64,000 bases of DNA from Podarcis erhardii (taxonomy: Eukaryota): NCBI GenBank assembly GCA_964252035.1, contig OZ176205.1; one strand, given 5' to 3'. Of this stretch, positions 53,022 through 64,000 are shown in pieces. Every line of letters starts with the position of its first letter. Within the stretch, counting starts at the first letter, position 1. The notes below the pieces were generated by a model that worked only from the letters and a program-made list of their open reading frames with translations, had not been told where the DNA came from and ran no database searches. Both the position numbers and the translations under genes were made by a program.

Positions 53022-53138
53022 ATAATAATAATAATAATAATGTTTAAATATTTATTATTTATTGTTTAATGTTTAAATATTTATTAATAATAATAATAAT
53101 AATAATAATTATTATTATTATTAATAATAATAATAAAT
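53022..53138. repeat. Complex (AAT)n/(ATT)n low-complexity tract with a duplicated aatgtttaaatattt unit
   Basis: Directly visible; partly self-complementary. Confidence 0.92.
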
Positions 53139-53313
53139 ATTTCAAAGTTACCGGTAGTTCATCTCCACTGTTTAACACTGTAACTGCCAATGAACAGGCT
53201 GTTGTGCTGTCCTTTGAACAAAGTTGGAATTTCTAAGTGTTAGCGACAAACATATTTTAGTTTTGTATTGATCAGTGACCACACTAATTTTCTTTACTCT
53301 TCATCATTTCCAG

Positions 53314-53520
53314 TACAATGGAATGCATGGTTTACTCCTCACTGTCATCACCTGGGTAGGGATTGTCATTTCCCTTGTCTGCCTGGCAATTTGCATCTTC
53401 ACTTTCTGTTTCTTCCGCGGCCTTCAAAGTGATCGAAACACAATTCACAAGAACCTTTGCATCAACCTCCTCATTGCAGAATTTATTTTCCTAATAGGCA
53501 TCGATAAGACGGAGTACAAG
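53314..53520 (+). CDS. ADGRL2: ADGRL2 exon, TM1-TM2 ([69 protein letters not shown])
   Basis: Acceptor atttccag|TAC, donor AAG|gtaagc, 207 nt, phase 0/0. Secretin/adhesion family IHKNLC motif. Confidence 0.97.
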
Positions 53521-55085
53521 GTAAGCCCTCTATGTTTAACACACATCTGAAGATACCTCACTGAAAGGAATGGTAGCAGTAAAGTATTTGATGGCCAAAA
53601 GAAGTTTCTCAGTTGTCTGCTTTTTTGATGCAACATTTAGCCATTTACTCCATGGACGGGTAGGTTACTCAGGAAATAATGGCAGGCAGAGAAAAGGTTG
53701 AACAACTAATGTCTGAAACTTCTCATTTAGATGCAAAGATGGAACTATCTCATTCCGCTCAAGAGCATTGAGATTTTGCATGGAAAATGAGTTTACCACT
53801 ATATATGGCTTAGAATTTACTATGCCACAAAGACTTACACCAGTTTAGATTAAACAACAAAAAATATTGATGCCATAGAAGGTACAGGAGGGTCCGCTGG
53901 CACCCACAGGTGTTGCGTTGGCGACCTCTGTTGTAGAGAAAGCAAGAAAACATGCCTGTTCAATGTTGTTAAGCTGGGAACCAGTAGAAGCTTAATAAGC
54001 CTGCCAGAGAGTTTCTTGTCAGGTATTGTTTAGCATTTAAGCCACCTATTGACCAACAAGTTTTTCCTTCAATATTGTGTGTGTATTAGGGAGGGAGGGA
54101 GATCATAGGTGTACAAGTGATGACAATTCAGATTGATGTATGGTAGTTTCCGTTATTTATGATCATTGTTCAAGATCATTTACTGTAATCCAGTGGAACA
54201 GATTCTGCAGCTCCATTGGGACTAAGGAAGCAGTTAAATGCTTAACTCCCTGTTGGCTGCAGTGGGTTCTTAGATAAACCTGCCTCTTGTCCGGTAGGTG
54301 TACCTAGCGCCCCCAGATACAGGAGAATGTTACACAGAAATAATACACTCCTATCCTTAAGAGATAGAAAGCTATGGAATTCTTTTCCTTTGTGTGTCTT
54401 CACTTCTCATTTCAGATTAGCCTTTTCCTAAATCTCAAGGCATAAGGCTGAACCTATGGTTTTTCTAAAATAAGCTGCCCTTAGAATTGAGTCAGTCGGT
54501 AGGATTTTGTTCTGCACTCATTTACAGAGGGTGGCTAGTGATATGATAGCAGATCTTCCTAAAAATAGAAAAAGCAACGATATTTGATATTTAAAGGGAA
54601 ATGGAATATTCTGACAGAGGCATAAGAATTTTCAACAGAAGGTATAAATAATACATCTAGTAGCTGGGGCTCTTTATCTTCTTGTACCAAATCATCTGCA
54701 ATATGAGCCTTACAGCAGAGTGTTAACATTGCGCTACCAAAAATTAATGGACTGCTTGCCACACTTGATATTCCATTGCGTCAAAGAATGCTAATAGGCA
54801 CATACTTTCCATATCTTAACTCACAGAGTGCAAGAGAGTAGAAGCTGCAGCTACTGGGAACACAATACAGTTTTCAGTAGTTATGAATATGAAGTTTTAT
54901 GTTTGGGGGGGCAGTGTGTGTGTGTGTGTATTGGGGGGGGGGTTCAATTACTGCATATACTGTATGCTGCCATTACAAACCAAGCTGTTAACATCCACAT
55001 TATTTCGTTTTCTGAATACATCAGATGAAGTGGGAAGGTTGAAAAGTGTTGCACCTTGCATTTGATTGTTTCTTTTTCTTTGCAG

Positions 55086-55306
55086 ATTGCATGCCCAATA
55101 TTTGCAGGCCTCTTACACTTTTTCTTCCTGGCAGCCTTTGCCTGGATGTGCCTAGAAGGGGTGCAGCTCTATCTCATGTTAGTAGAAGTATTTGAAAGTG
55201 AATATTCTAGGAAGAAGTACTACTATGTTGCTGGCTACCTCTTTCCTGCCACTGTTGTTGGTGTCTCGGCAGCTATCGACTACTCCAGCTATGGAGCGCA
55301 AAATGC
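55086..55306 (+). CDS. ADGRL2: ADGRL2 exon, TM3-TM4 ([36 protein letters not shown]...[25 protein letters not shown])
   Basis: Acceptor tttgcag|ATT, donor GC|gtaagt, 221 nt, phase 0 to 2. Adhesion-GPCR HFFFL..F.WM..EG motif. Confidence 0.97.
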
Positions 55307-55871
55307 GTAAGTAATTGCTAGTGACCTGAGTGTTTCAGGCGATTTATTTATTTTTTAAGCGTGTTAGCTGTCAGAGCCCCTGACAGACTAAAATAGCACC
55401 AGAAAGCTTTATTGGTATGAGAATGGCAAGGCTGTGTGCAAATTCCAATCAGGTCTTTTGTAATTTTCTAGGTTCAGAGAATATGTACCCTGGAGAGGCA
55501 AGATTCTAAATTACCACCTTTCTTTTTAACACAAAAGATTGACCCGAAACAAATTGGGAGAAAAAGTAAATAACTTTTTGGGCCTCCAATGAATATTAAG
55601 TAAAATAAAACAAAATAAAATTCTACTTTACTTAAAAGTATCTGGTTTGCTTTAACCCCCCTGCCCTAGTTTTAAGCTAACACTTCGTTAGATTTCTTTG
55701 TTCAGCATGCTTTCTAGCCAGTTCTCTTTCTGTAGAATGATAGTGCAGTGTTTCTGCCCCAGTGGTTCACTTTGATAATATTTATCGGGAAAGAATCGGA
55801 TTAAAATTAGCCCAGTTTTCTCTTTGTAAAAAGTAGGGATATTTATACAAAGTGACAGAAGGTAGACCCCC

Positions 55872-55874
<3 letters not shown>

Positions 55875-55926
<52 letters not shown>
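55875..55926. repeat. (AT)26 microsatellite
   Basis: Directly visible. Confidence 0.97.
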
Positions 55927-55928
<2 letters not shown>

Positions 55929-57291
55929 CTGAGGGTTTATGTTGCTAGAGGCATAAATGTGCCTTCCAATAGAGTTTGTCCTTTGATGAAATTAGTTACA
56001 GTATGGGCAGATACTGTTGGAATACAAGCAAGCTGCTTGATTCTGCTGTTGATGGAAGACAAACAAAACCAATTCAGTAGGGAGCTGTGCTATATGAAAA
56101 CTGAATCAGTAAGTGAAGTGAGTCCCGATAAACTGATGCCTAATTTAGTTTAATCCTGTTTGGGTTTTTTTTGTTTTAACTATTAAATTTGCAGCAGCGG
56201 GTCTGAGGCATTTTGTTTGCATTATGCTGCTCTGCAGGAGAAGAAAAAATATGACATTTAATCATTTTCTGAGTTGGCGTTCCTTGGGGATAGTCAAGTG
56301 ATGGACAGCTGAAAGCATGTTTTAAATGCACAAAGAAAAGCTGTGTGGGGAGAGGGGGGCCCACATATATACTTTTGCCTGGGTTCACGGCCTATACCAA
56401 ATACTAACCCAAAAGGAAGCAGAGTTGCTTAATCAAATACCAGCCTTTTGTGGTTGCCCTGTACTTCCAGGTACCCCTTTGGGTTGATTAGCTGTACCAT
56501 ACAGGGCATCTTCTTAATGCTTGATGCTTTTCAACTTGTTGGTTGACCCCATTCTAAGGTGAGCTGCACCAGTGGCAACATCACTATTTTTTTGTTGCAT
56601 TTCATTGAAGTGTTGAGGAGGGGGGGAGAAGGGGGAAATAAATAAGCTTGAATGAGAAGCATTGAGAAAGGAAAATGGATGTGGCCTTGAGTTTCATTCT
56701 GAGGTTTGATAGGTTCCAGATTTGAAAAGTGTAAAACATACTGTAGCACCACCATCAATTTGGGGGCGGGGGTGCAGGTGGTTTGCAATAGTGTGAAGAA
56801 AATGGACTGATAGGCAACAATTAATGAGCGTAAAGATGAAAGCAGGTGATCATAAGGAAGTCTTGTTGAACAGCCTTAAAGCTCAATAAACAGACACATT
56901 CTCAAGCATATGCTAGTGTTCAGAATTACATCTCCATGCATTTAACTGAGAGAGTTGCACGGCTGATTTTCTCAACGTAGAACACTTATGGTGTGCTAAT
57001 GCAGTTTCCCTTGGTGACCATGCCATTGAACGATGTTAATCTCCTCTCACTTGGCACTCTAAATCACGCTCAGGAATAACATACATACAAGGAAGCAAGT
57101 CAGCCAGGTGTGTATGGCATCCATTTTCAAGAATAGGTTTCATATGGATGTCCACATGGGGTCACTGCTAAAAAAAAGTCACATCATAGCCAGTCCATGT
57201 GAATAAGTCCTAAGAGATGTCTACTTTCCATTGGTAACATAGAGTGTATGTGCTATTCTCACACCACTTCTTTTCTTTTTTTCTGTAACAG

Positions 57292-57358
57292 CTGCTGGCT
57301 CAAAGTTGACAACTATTTTATCTGGAGTTTCATTGGGCCTGTTACCTTCATTATTCTG
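57292..57358 (+). CDS. ADGRL2: ADGRL2 exon, ECL2 to start of TM5 ([22 protein letters not shown])
   Basis: Acceptor ctgtaacag|C, donor CTG|gtaaga, 67 nt, phase 2 to 0. CWL...IWSF.GP motif. Confidence 0.96.
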
Positions 57359-57489
57359 GTAAGAATACTTTCACTTTCCTTTCCGCCCATCTGCCTGCCT
57401 CTCTCCCAATCCACTTTATTTATTACAGTGGGAATGACCAAAATACTTTGAAAGTCAGGTTATATTTGCTATGAAACTCATAGCAAGAG

Positions 57490-57640
57490 CCCCTTTGGAT
57501 AAGACCATAGGCCCATGTTCTCCAGCATCATCTTCTCACTATAACCAACCAGATACTCATGGAAAGTGCACTTCTCATGGTTTGTCTCTGATACCGATAC
57601 TGGAGGTAGAAGACATCCATCACAACTTCTAGCCACTGAA
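57490..57640. mobile_element. Ancient retroposon fragment (family uncertain)
   Basis: ggataagaccataggcccatgttctccagcatcatcttctcactataaccaaccagatac; related to 39455..39640. Confidence 0.45.
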
Positions 57641-57981
57641 AGTCTTATTTGTCTAACTGCCTTTTAAAGCTATCCAAGTGGGGGGGGGAAGCACCACGTC
57701 ATGTGACAGCAAATTCTACTATGTACTCTGTTCATTTTGTCTGTCCCAGTATTCAACACTCCAATATTCAGCTTAACCTGGATGACCTTGGGTTCCAGTA
57801 TTGTGAGATACGGAAACCTCTCTCTGTTGTTTGTACACAAATCGGTGAATTTCGACTAGAGACTTTGTACAATTGTGATGGCATGTGAATCACAAGTCTT
57901 AGTTTTGATTTGTGCACAGTGCTATCCCCCCTTGAGATGATACTTTTGGGATTTCTATATTTCCTTGTGGTTTCAAAGCCT

Positions 57982-58046
57982 CATAGACTCATAGAGTTGG
58001 AAGGGACCCAAAGGGTTGTCTACTCCAACCCCCTGCAATGCAGGAA
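57982..58046 (-). mobile_element. CR1-type 3' tail fragment, antisense
   Basis: catagactcatagagttggaagggaccc...ctccaaccccctgcaatgcaggaa is the reverse complement of the CR1/Squam2 tail also seen at about 51300..51360. Confidence 0.82.
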
Positions 58047-61000
58047 CCACTGCTAAAATATCCCTGACATATCATCATTTATTGAATATTATCTCTGTAC
58101 CTGCTGAACTAAAACAGTGCTGTTTTAAAAGCAGGACTGTTAATAGGCTTTTATTTATTTACTTTCTTTCTTTTATTATACTTTGCTCTTCATCCAAGAA
58201 GTTTAGAGCTTTGTATAGATGGTTTTCAGGTGGTGTCCCATCCATGTACTTGTTTAGGAAAAGACCCATTTAATTTTAGTTATCATGTGCCTTCAAACTA
58301 TTCCCTCACACATTCTATAATGCAAATGCTAATGATCCTTTTGGGGGGGGGGATATCATTTTTCATTTTAGCAAACATCGCGGCATTGTAGCTGATGTGT
58401 TGGTGCAAAATTCAGCCTTGTTCAAGTAGAGATTTATCTTCTTGGAGTAGTCTTACAGTCTGAGCCTTTAAGCCACTATATGTATTGAGTCGTACCCATG
58501 GCACCTAATGTCATTCTGTAGGACTGAGTTGCCAATCTTTATCCTTGATTGCCAGTTGAGTCCAGAGAAGGCAGTTTTTTTCTCAGCAAAGCTCTCCGTT
58601 ATCCGCAGACAAATAGTATTTATTTTCCCCATCATGTTCATTGCGTTAATCATACTGTAAATCACATTATTGAAATGTTTTAAAAAACACTGTACATAGT
58701 GCACAGAATTGAAATCAGTGGCTTGGCCTGTCCATCCTCCACATCGCAGAACACTTCTGAGAGTCAGGGAACAGACCCCTCTTGCATAGTGTGGGATGTG
58801 GTGCAGAGGCAATCAGGGTCATTTGTGACTTATACCAATTCTCCCTTGCCATTGCATCCCCTACAACACAACTCATGCCAATCAGGAAGATTAATCTGTA
58901 TGTGCAATATTTATCAAGATTGAACAGTAAAAAAACAAAACTATTTGGCTTGATTATTGGCATATGGTATACACAGATTGCACAACATAGCAGTCCGGTG
59001 GCAAAATCTGATTCTAGGTATTTCACAGTATGGCTGAGGATTTGACAGGAGGTAAAATACTCCTGTGGTTTAACAGGATTTCTTTCTTCATTCTTGAAGT
59101 TCTCACTGGCATATAAGAAGTGTGCATCATAGAGCAGGTACGTAATTCACATTCACACAACTATAAGGATAGGGTTTTCTTTAAAAAAAAATCTCCTTTC
59201 ATCATCTCAAGCAACACAGCTGATAGAAGCCTGTACAGAGGAAACATGACACAGCAACTTATTTGAGATATGCCAGTATAGATAATATTGGAAGTGATGC
59301 TCCCACTCCTGACTTTTTAGATCATAATTAAAAATGGCAGCTTTTAATTCTGTATAGCAGCCTGCAGGACTCCTTGGTATTTTTTTGAAAGAAGCATTAC
59401 AGGCTGAATCATACAGCTGAGCACTTTCTTTCCTCATGGTGCAATTTCTGTTGTTCGTGCAACACAACATGTAAGCTAGAACCTCACCGAAATAAGCCAT
59501 AGCCACTTCCTTTCTCTCCAAAGGGGCAAGCCGTTTCTTTCAAAATGTGATTGTTTCATAGTAAGTGAGATAATCTTGCATGTTATGCTTCCCCTTCCTG
59601 TTTGAAGCCTGGAGTGTGGCAACAGGAGTTCTGCCACATCAGTAGCAGAGGGCATTGCGGTGTGGCAGAGGAGGAGGAGTTAGGCAGCAGTGAGCTGGTA
59701 CAGTGCCCAAGACACCAGAGAAACCAATCCAGTTCTCCCGCCAGTGCCTCTGTAGTGTGCCAGCCTCACTGCTGCCTCATTCCTCCTCTCTACCTCCCAG
59801 AAAGCAACAAAGGTGAAACAAACCAGAGGTCAGGTGAGTGGTGCCAGGCCACCATGCTGTCTGCTACTGCTTCCTAAATTATTAAAAATAATAATAACAA
59901 CAACAAGTAGAACTTCAGTATGCCAGGAAGAAAGTTTCTAGCCCATATTGCGCACTTAGAATGCTGAGGACTGTGAGTGTTTTATGTATTTAAAAATTGC
60001 ATCTCCTACCTGCAGTCTGAAGTACTAGCCCATTCTGCCACCTCATTCACACGTAATTCTGTTGCAAGTGGACTGGTCACAGGCGTGGGAATAAAGTGGC
60101 TGAAAGTAATGTGCGAGCTAAAGTTCAGTGAGCCAGGGTCTTGGTATGTCTCCTTTCCTCTTTTTTTTTTTTTTTTTAACAAAAATAACAGCATCATTTA
60201 CTGTGAGCAGTACTTTCTTTGGGTTTTTTTTATCTCCCCCCTCCCTCTCTTTCTCTGTCTTTAAATAACATTACACTTTGTGTGGGCCTTGGGCATTGAG
60301 GCAGATATTGGTGTTTCCTCATAACCAGGTCAGAGTGAAAATCGGGGTGAGGGACATTTAATCATATTGACCATGTACAGTCAGAGTCTACTATTATTTA
60401 CCGGCCATGACATTATTATCCTCCTGCAAATCATTTAGACTGAGAAGTGAAAGGCCTTTGGGAGCAGTATTCCCAACTTCAAAAAATATGAAACAGCAGG
60501 TAGCAATCACTGCACAGTTCCTGGGAGTAATTCTTCTCTGGCAATTGCTTTGCCCTCTAATCGTACCGACCAAAAGAAAAGAGAGTGTAATGATTCGAGA
60601 ACAGTGTAATGTGAACAGTGTAACTGCAGAAGAGGTATGGGTGTACATTAATGTATATACGCCATTCAAGAGTGTACCATTACAATCCTTACAAACATAT
60701 GGCGATGATTGTATAACAACAACAACAGCTGCTGCTGTTGCTACTATTTAACGATTTATTTAGCCCCAACAATGTGCTGCAATAATCATGGAATATTTGT
60801 TAGCTGGAATGCAACTCTCAATGCAGAGTATGCTAGAGTTGCCCCAATACTGGGCTGCCTTCAACTAAATTAGAGAGAAAGTAGACTACTGTGTATGACT
60901 CTGTTAAATACAGCGCACTGAAAATGGAGATTGTGTTTCTAGTCCTTAACAGAAAAGCTCATAATGTGTGAGCTACTTCTAATGGACTTTCAAACTCTAC

Positions 61001-64000
61001 ATTATAGGTTGTGCCAAGCTTTTTGGGTCACTATTGAGTATGAAACACAGAAAAACAAAAAAACAACCCCTCATTTCTTCCTTACACATATGTAGGCACA
61101 CCCAGCCAGGAAAGGCAAACAGCAGATAGTTAATTCTCTATTTACAAAAGCAGCTCCTTAGGCGCACCGGATACCCACACTATGTGGTTGTCTACATAGC
61201 TGTTTTCCAAATTCATTTCTGGGCTTAGGTACTGTTGTCTGACATGAGTGCACACACGCAACCTGGGCCTTCTCAGATACGGTGAGCAGTCTCTTCCTCC
61301 ACTTCCAACCTGTCCTGCATGCCCACCTCCAACTCTGACTTCTCGGACCCTTCCTCTTCTCCTTTCCTGGCTCCTGGGTGGCACCCAACCCCAAAAATCT
61401 CTGCCCCCTCCTCTCCTGGTTTCGCCTCCGCCCCCTTGCCTCCATCATATATTCGTCAGAGTATTTCCAGTCCCTCTCAATATGTTACCTTGTGCATAAC
61501 TGTTATAATGTGTACACAGAACACAGATGTACACTGAATTAAGAACAATCACACAGTTTTAATTTACTGGCTTTAGAATTTGAGATCTTATTCTTTTCCC
61601 ACCTCCAGCCCACATACACAAAATTGTAGACTCCTTTGGGGGAAAGACTAATACACCCATTAAGGAACAGTTAGATAAATTATAGCCTATACTGATCTTA
61701 ATTGATAAGTTGCAGAAAATAAAAGCCTGAGTTTCGGTGATTTAATGGACCGCTATCAGCATTTATATGATCTTGAGGCTTTAGTCCATTGTAATTCAAG
61801 CAAAAGATTTATTTAGTACATTCTCAGATAAGATTCCGTGGCCATGATAATCTAATATAAATTTAGGCACTCATGATCTTGTTGAAATTGGCTGCTAATT
61901 TGAGGGAAGGAGATGGGCAGTATAATGTTATCTATTTGTTTTAAAGGAACTGGAAGAAAATTGTGTTCTTTGGGAATAATAAGTGTTCAAGGGGAAATCT
62001 GCAACAGGACGTTCCATTGACTTTGTCCTTTTATTGGAATTTTTGATACATGCACCGATTTTTATATCAGCTTTTCTGCCTTCCTTAAAATAAAGAATTG
62101 GATATATTGGTCAGAATGGATCTCATTGTTTTGAATGGGATCAAGCACCTGCAGCTCCGCACTGTATTTGTATTTCTGTGTTTCTTGATCACAGCCTTTT
62201 TATTTATTGCACGCCTTGCTGTTTTTTGCATTTAAAGTAAATATCACTACCCTCCCTTTCCTTGCCATACACCCACCCACCCGATGCTTTCCCTCTTAAG
62301 GTTAGGTAGGCCCGCCTTCCCAAATAACCTTGCCCGTTCTCGGCGCTTTAGGAAACATGCGGCGTTCGGATCCTTGAAGGAGAGCGGTTGACTTTCCTTT
62401 CAGACTACAGGGCACCAGGGTTATTGTATCTATGGAAGAAAGCATGTGTGAGAGTAATGAGCAGTGGAACGCCATTAGTATGCCTGAAATGATTTAATGA
62501 AAGCTTGGATCATGACACGTCAGGAGCTGTTCTTATCATTTGGACAGCTCCATCTGCATCCTTAATAATTAATTAAGTTCAGGGAGAGTTCAGCTTTGCA
62601 CACTCCTTTCGAAGGGCTCCTTCAGACAACACTTCTCGGGCTGCCAGTCCCAGAGAGGAATAGGCTTCTGCTTGGCTAAGAGCAAGGATCTGCGAGATAG
62701 AAGAGCAATTTTAGAGCTTGCCTCTGCCAGGTAACAAAAGCTCCAGGGAGGACAAACAGGGTCAGAACATGTGCAGTTCAGCTAGGTTACCTCGGAGTGG
62801 TGTTTCTGTTCTTCTGTCTTATCATATCCATGTCAGCACTTCAGGCTGTGTGGAATGAATTTTAAGCTGCTAAGCTCAATGTAATTCAGTTGAGCAGCTT
62901 GATGGCTTTAATAAAACAAACAGTGCACTCTGGCAAACTCTGGTCAGAAAAGCCCACACTTTTGACTTTTTGTGTTTTGCCTCTTTTCGCTTTAATATAA
63001 TTCAAGGAGGTTCGAGGTTGGTTAGACTTGTCATTTGTGTTGCGCTCCTGAGAGAGATTCTCATGAGCCTTAGGAATCGCCTGCAGGAAGATGACTGACC
63101 CAAAGCATTCTGGATGTGGTTCTGTTTCATGAATAGGAAAACATATGATCACTAAAGAGACAACATTACTTCTCCTTAGTGATACTGTCCATCCAAGACA
63201 AAGCAACTTTGCAGTGATAGCATAATAGGCATTGGGCAAATCCTCAGTGTGAATAATGGAAGTTTTAGAAATTTAGGCATAGTTCCTGTGCTGGCTGTAT
63301 GGAGAGGGATGTCTAATACTTTATACTTACCACATCCTAGAAAAATGAATTCACCATAATGTGATAAACTTCCGTGATTCACGTACATGTTTCCATAGCT
63401 GCAGATGCCTTGTCAGCAATACACCATTCACTCGTTTATTAGTTTGGTTTATCTTCATTTGTATGCTACTATTTGATTATTCAGAGTGACATATAGCAAA
63501 TTAAAATGACCACTTGGTGGAAGCTGGAGAACTGAAACTAACCCTGAATTGAAACCAGTCCCCCACTACTGCCACTGAAGAGGTGATCAGCATAAAGGTG
63601 ACATTGTGCCAGGTTGGGCTTATTACATCTTGGTTTTGTAAGCCTTTTCTCCACACACATTGCCTCTTCTCTGCCCCTTTCTCAATTACACCAGTAACAC
63701 TTCAATCAACTGTCCTTTCCCATTACATCTGAACTGGGAAACTATGGTTACCAAGTTCTCAAAACACAGCTTGAAGTTGGTTTAAGATCCTAACTTTTTC
63801 TGTACCTGGTAACCATGGTTTACCAGTTCAGGCACAATGAGAAGCTATGGCTAAGTAAGTGATGTCTTGCTTTAACTGCATCAAGGAAAGGGGTTGCATA
63901 TGCAGGCACAAAACTCGTTCACAATATAACAAAGCTTATATCCAAAATATCACTATCCTACACCACACCCAGTTCTACTGGTGCTACCGGATGGGCCTTT

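Larger units (their letters stand above)
13652..57358 (+). other. ADGRL2: Span of the identifiable coding exons of adhesion G protein-coupled receptor L2 (latrophilin-2); gene is partial in this window
   Basis: 14 exons with canonical AG/GT boundaries and compatible phases join into one uninterrupted frame (2734 nt). Peptides recalled as ADGRL2 rather than ADGRL1/3: [85 protein letters not shown]. Confidence 0.96.

Noticed and set aside
57359-64000. Next ADGRL2 exon (TM5/ICL3, LNIIFLVITL...-like)
   Set aside because: No matching peptide with splice sites found by eye; presumably beyond the window end.

Overview
Vertebrate (eukaryotic) genomic DNA, most likely from a squamate and probably a lacertid lizard, inferred from its SINE and MITE content. 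The window lies inside one + strand gene, the adhesion GPCR latrophilin-2 (ADGRL2/LPHN2). I traced 14 coding exons (13652..57358, 2734 nt). All have GT-AG boundaries and compatible phases, and they join into one open frame: second half of the lectin (RBL/SUEL) domain, a KVEQK/MEQK microexon, olfactomedin domain, Ser/Thr linker, HormR, GAIN with a 13-aa cassette exon, intact GPS (HL|T) and Stachel, then TM1 to about TM4/5. The 5' exons and the remaining 7TM/C-terminal exons were not found and presumably lie outside the window. Introns hold Sauria-type and other tRNA-derived SINEs, CR1/L2 fragments, TA-flanked Tc1/mariner-pogo MITEs, hAT MITEs, microsatellites and a 149-N assembly gap. Almost all other listed ORFs look spurious. 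I found no evidence of a wholly new biological system. The best leads are: a tandem-acceptor (NAGNAG) microexon giving three lectin-olfactomedin linker variants; a young 772-bp CpG-rich hAT element with unexplained cargo; a near-perfect 71-nt intronic hairpin; and candidate intronic poly(A) sites that could yield secreted ectodomains. Comparisons with mammalian proteins and repeat families are from memory, not from searches.
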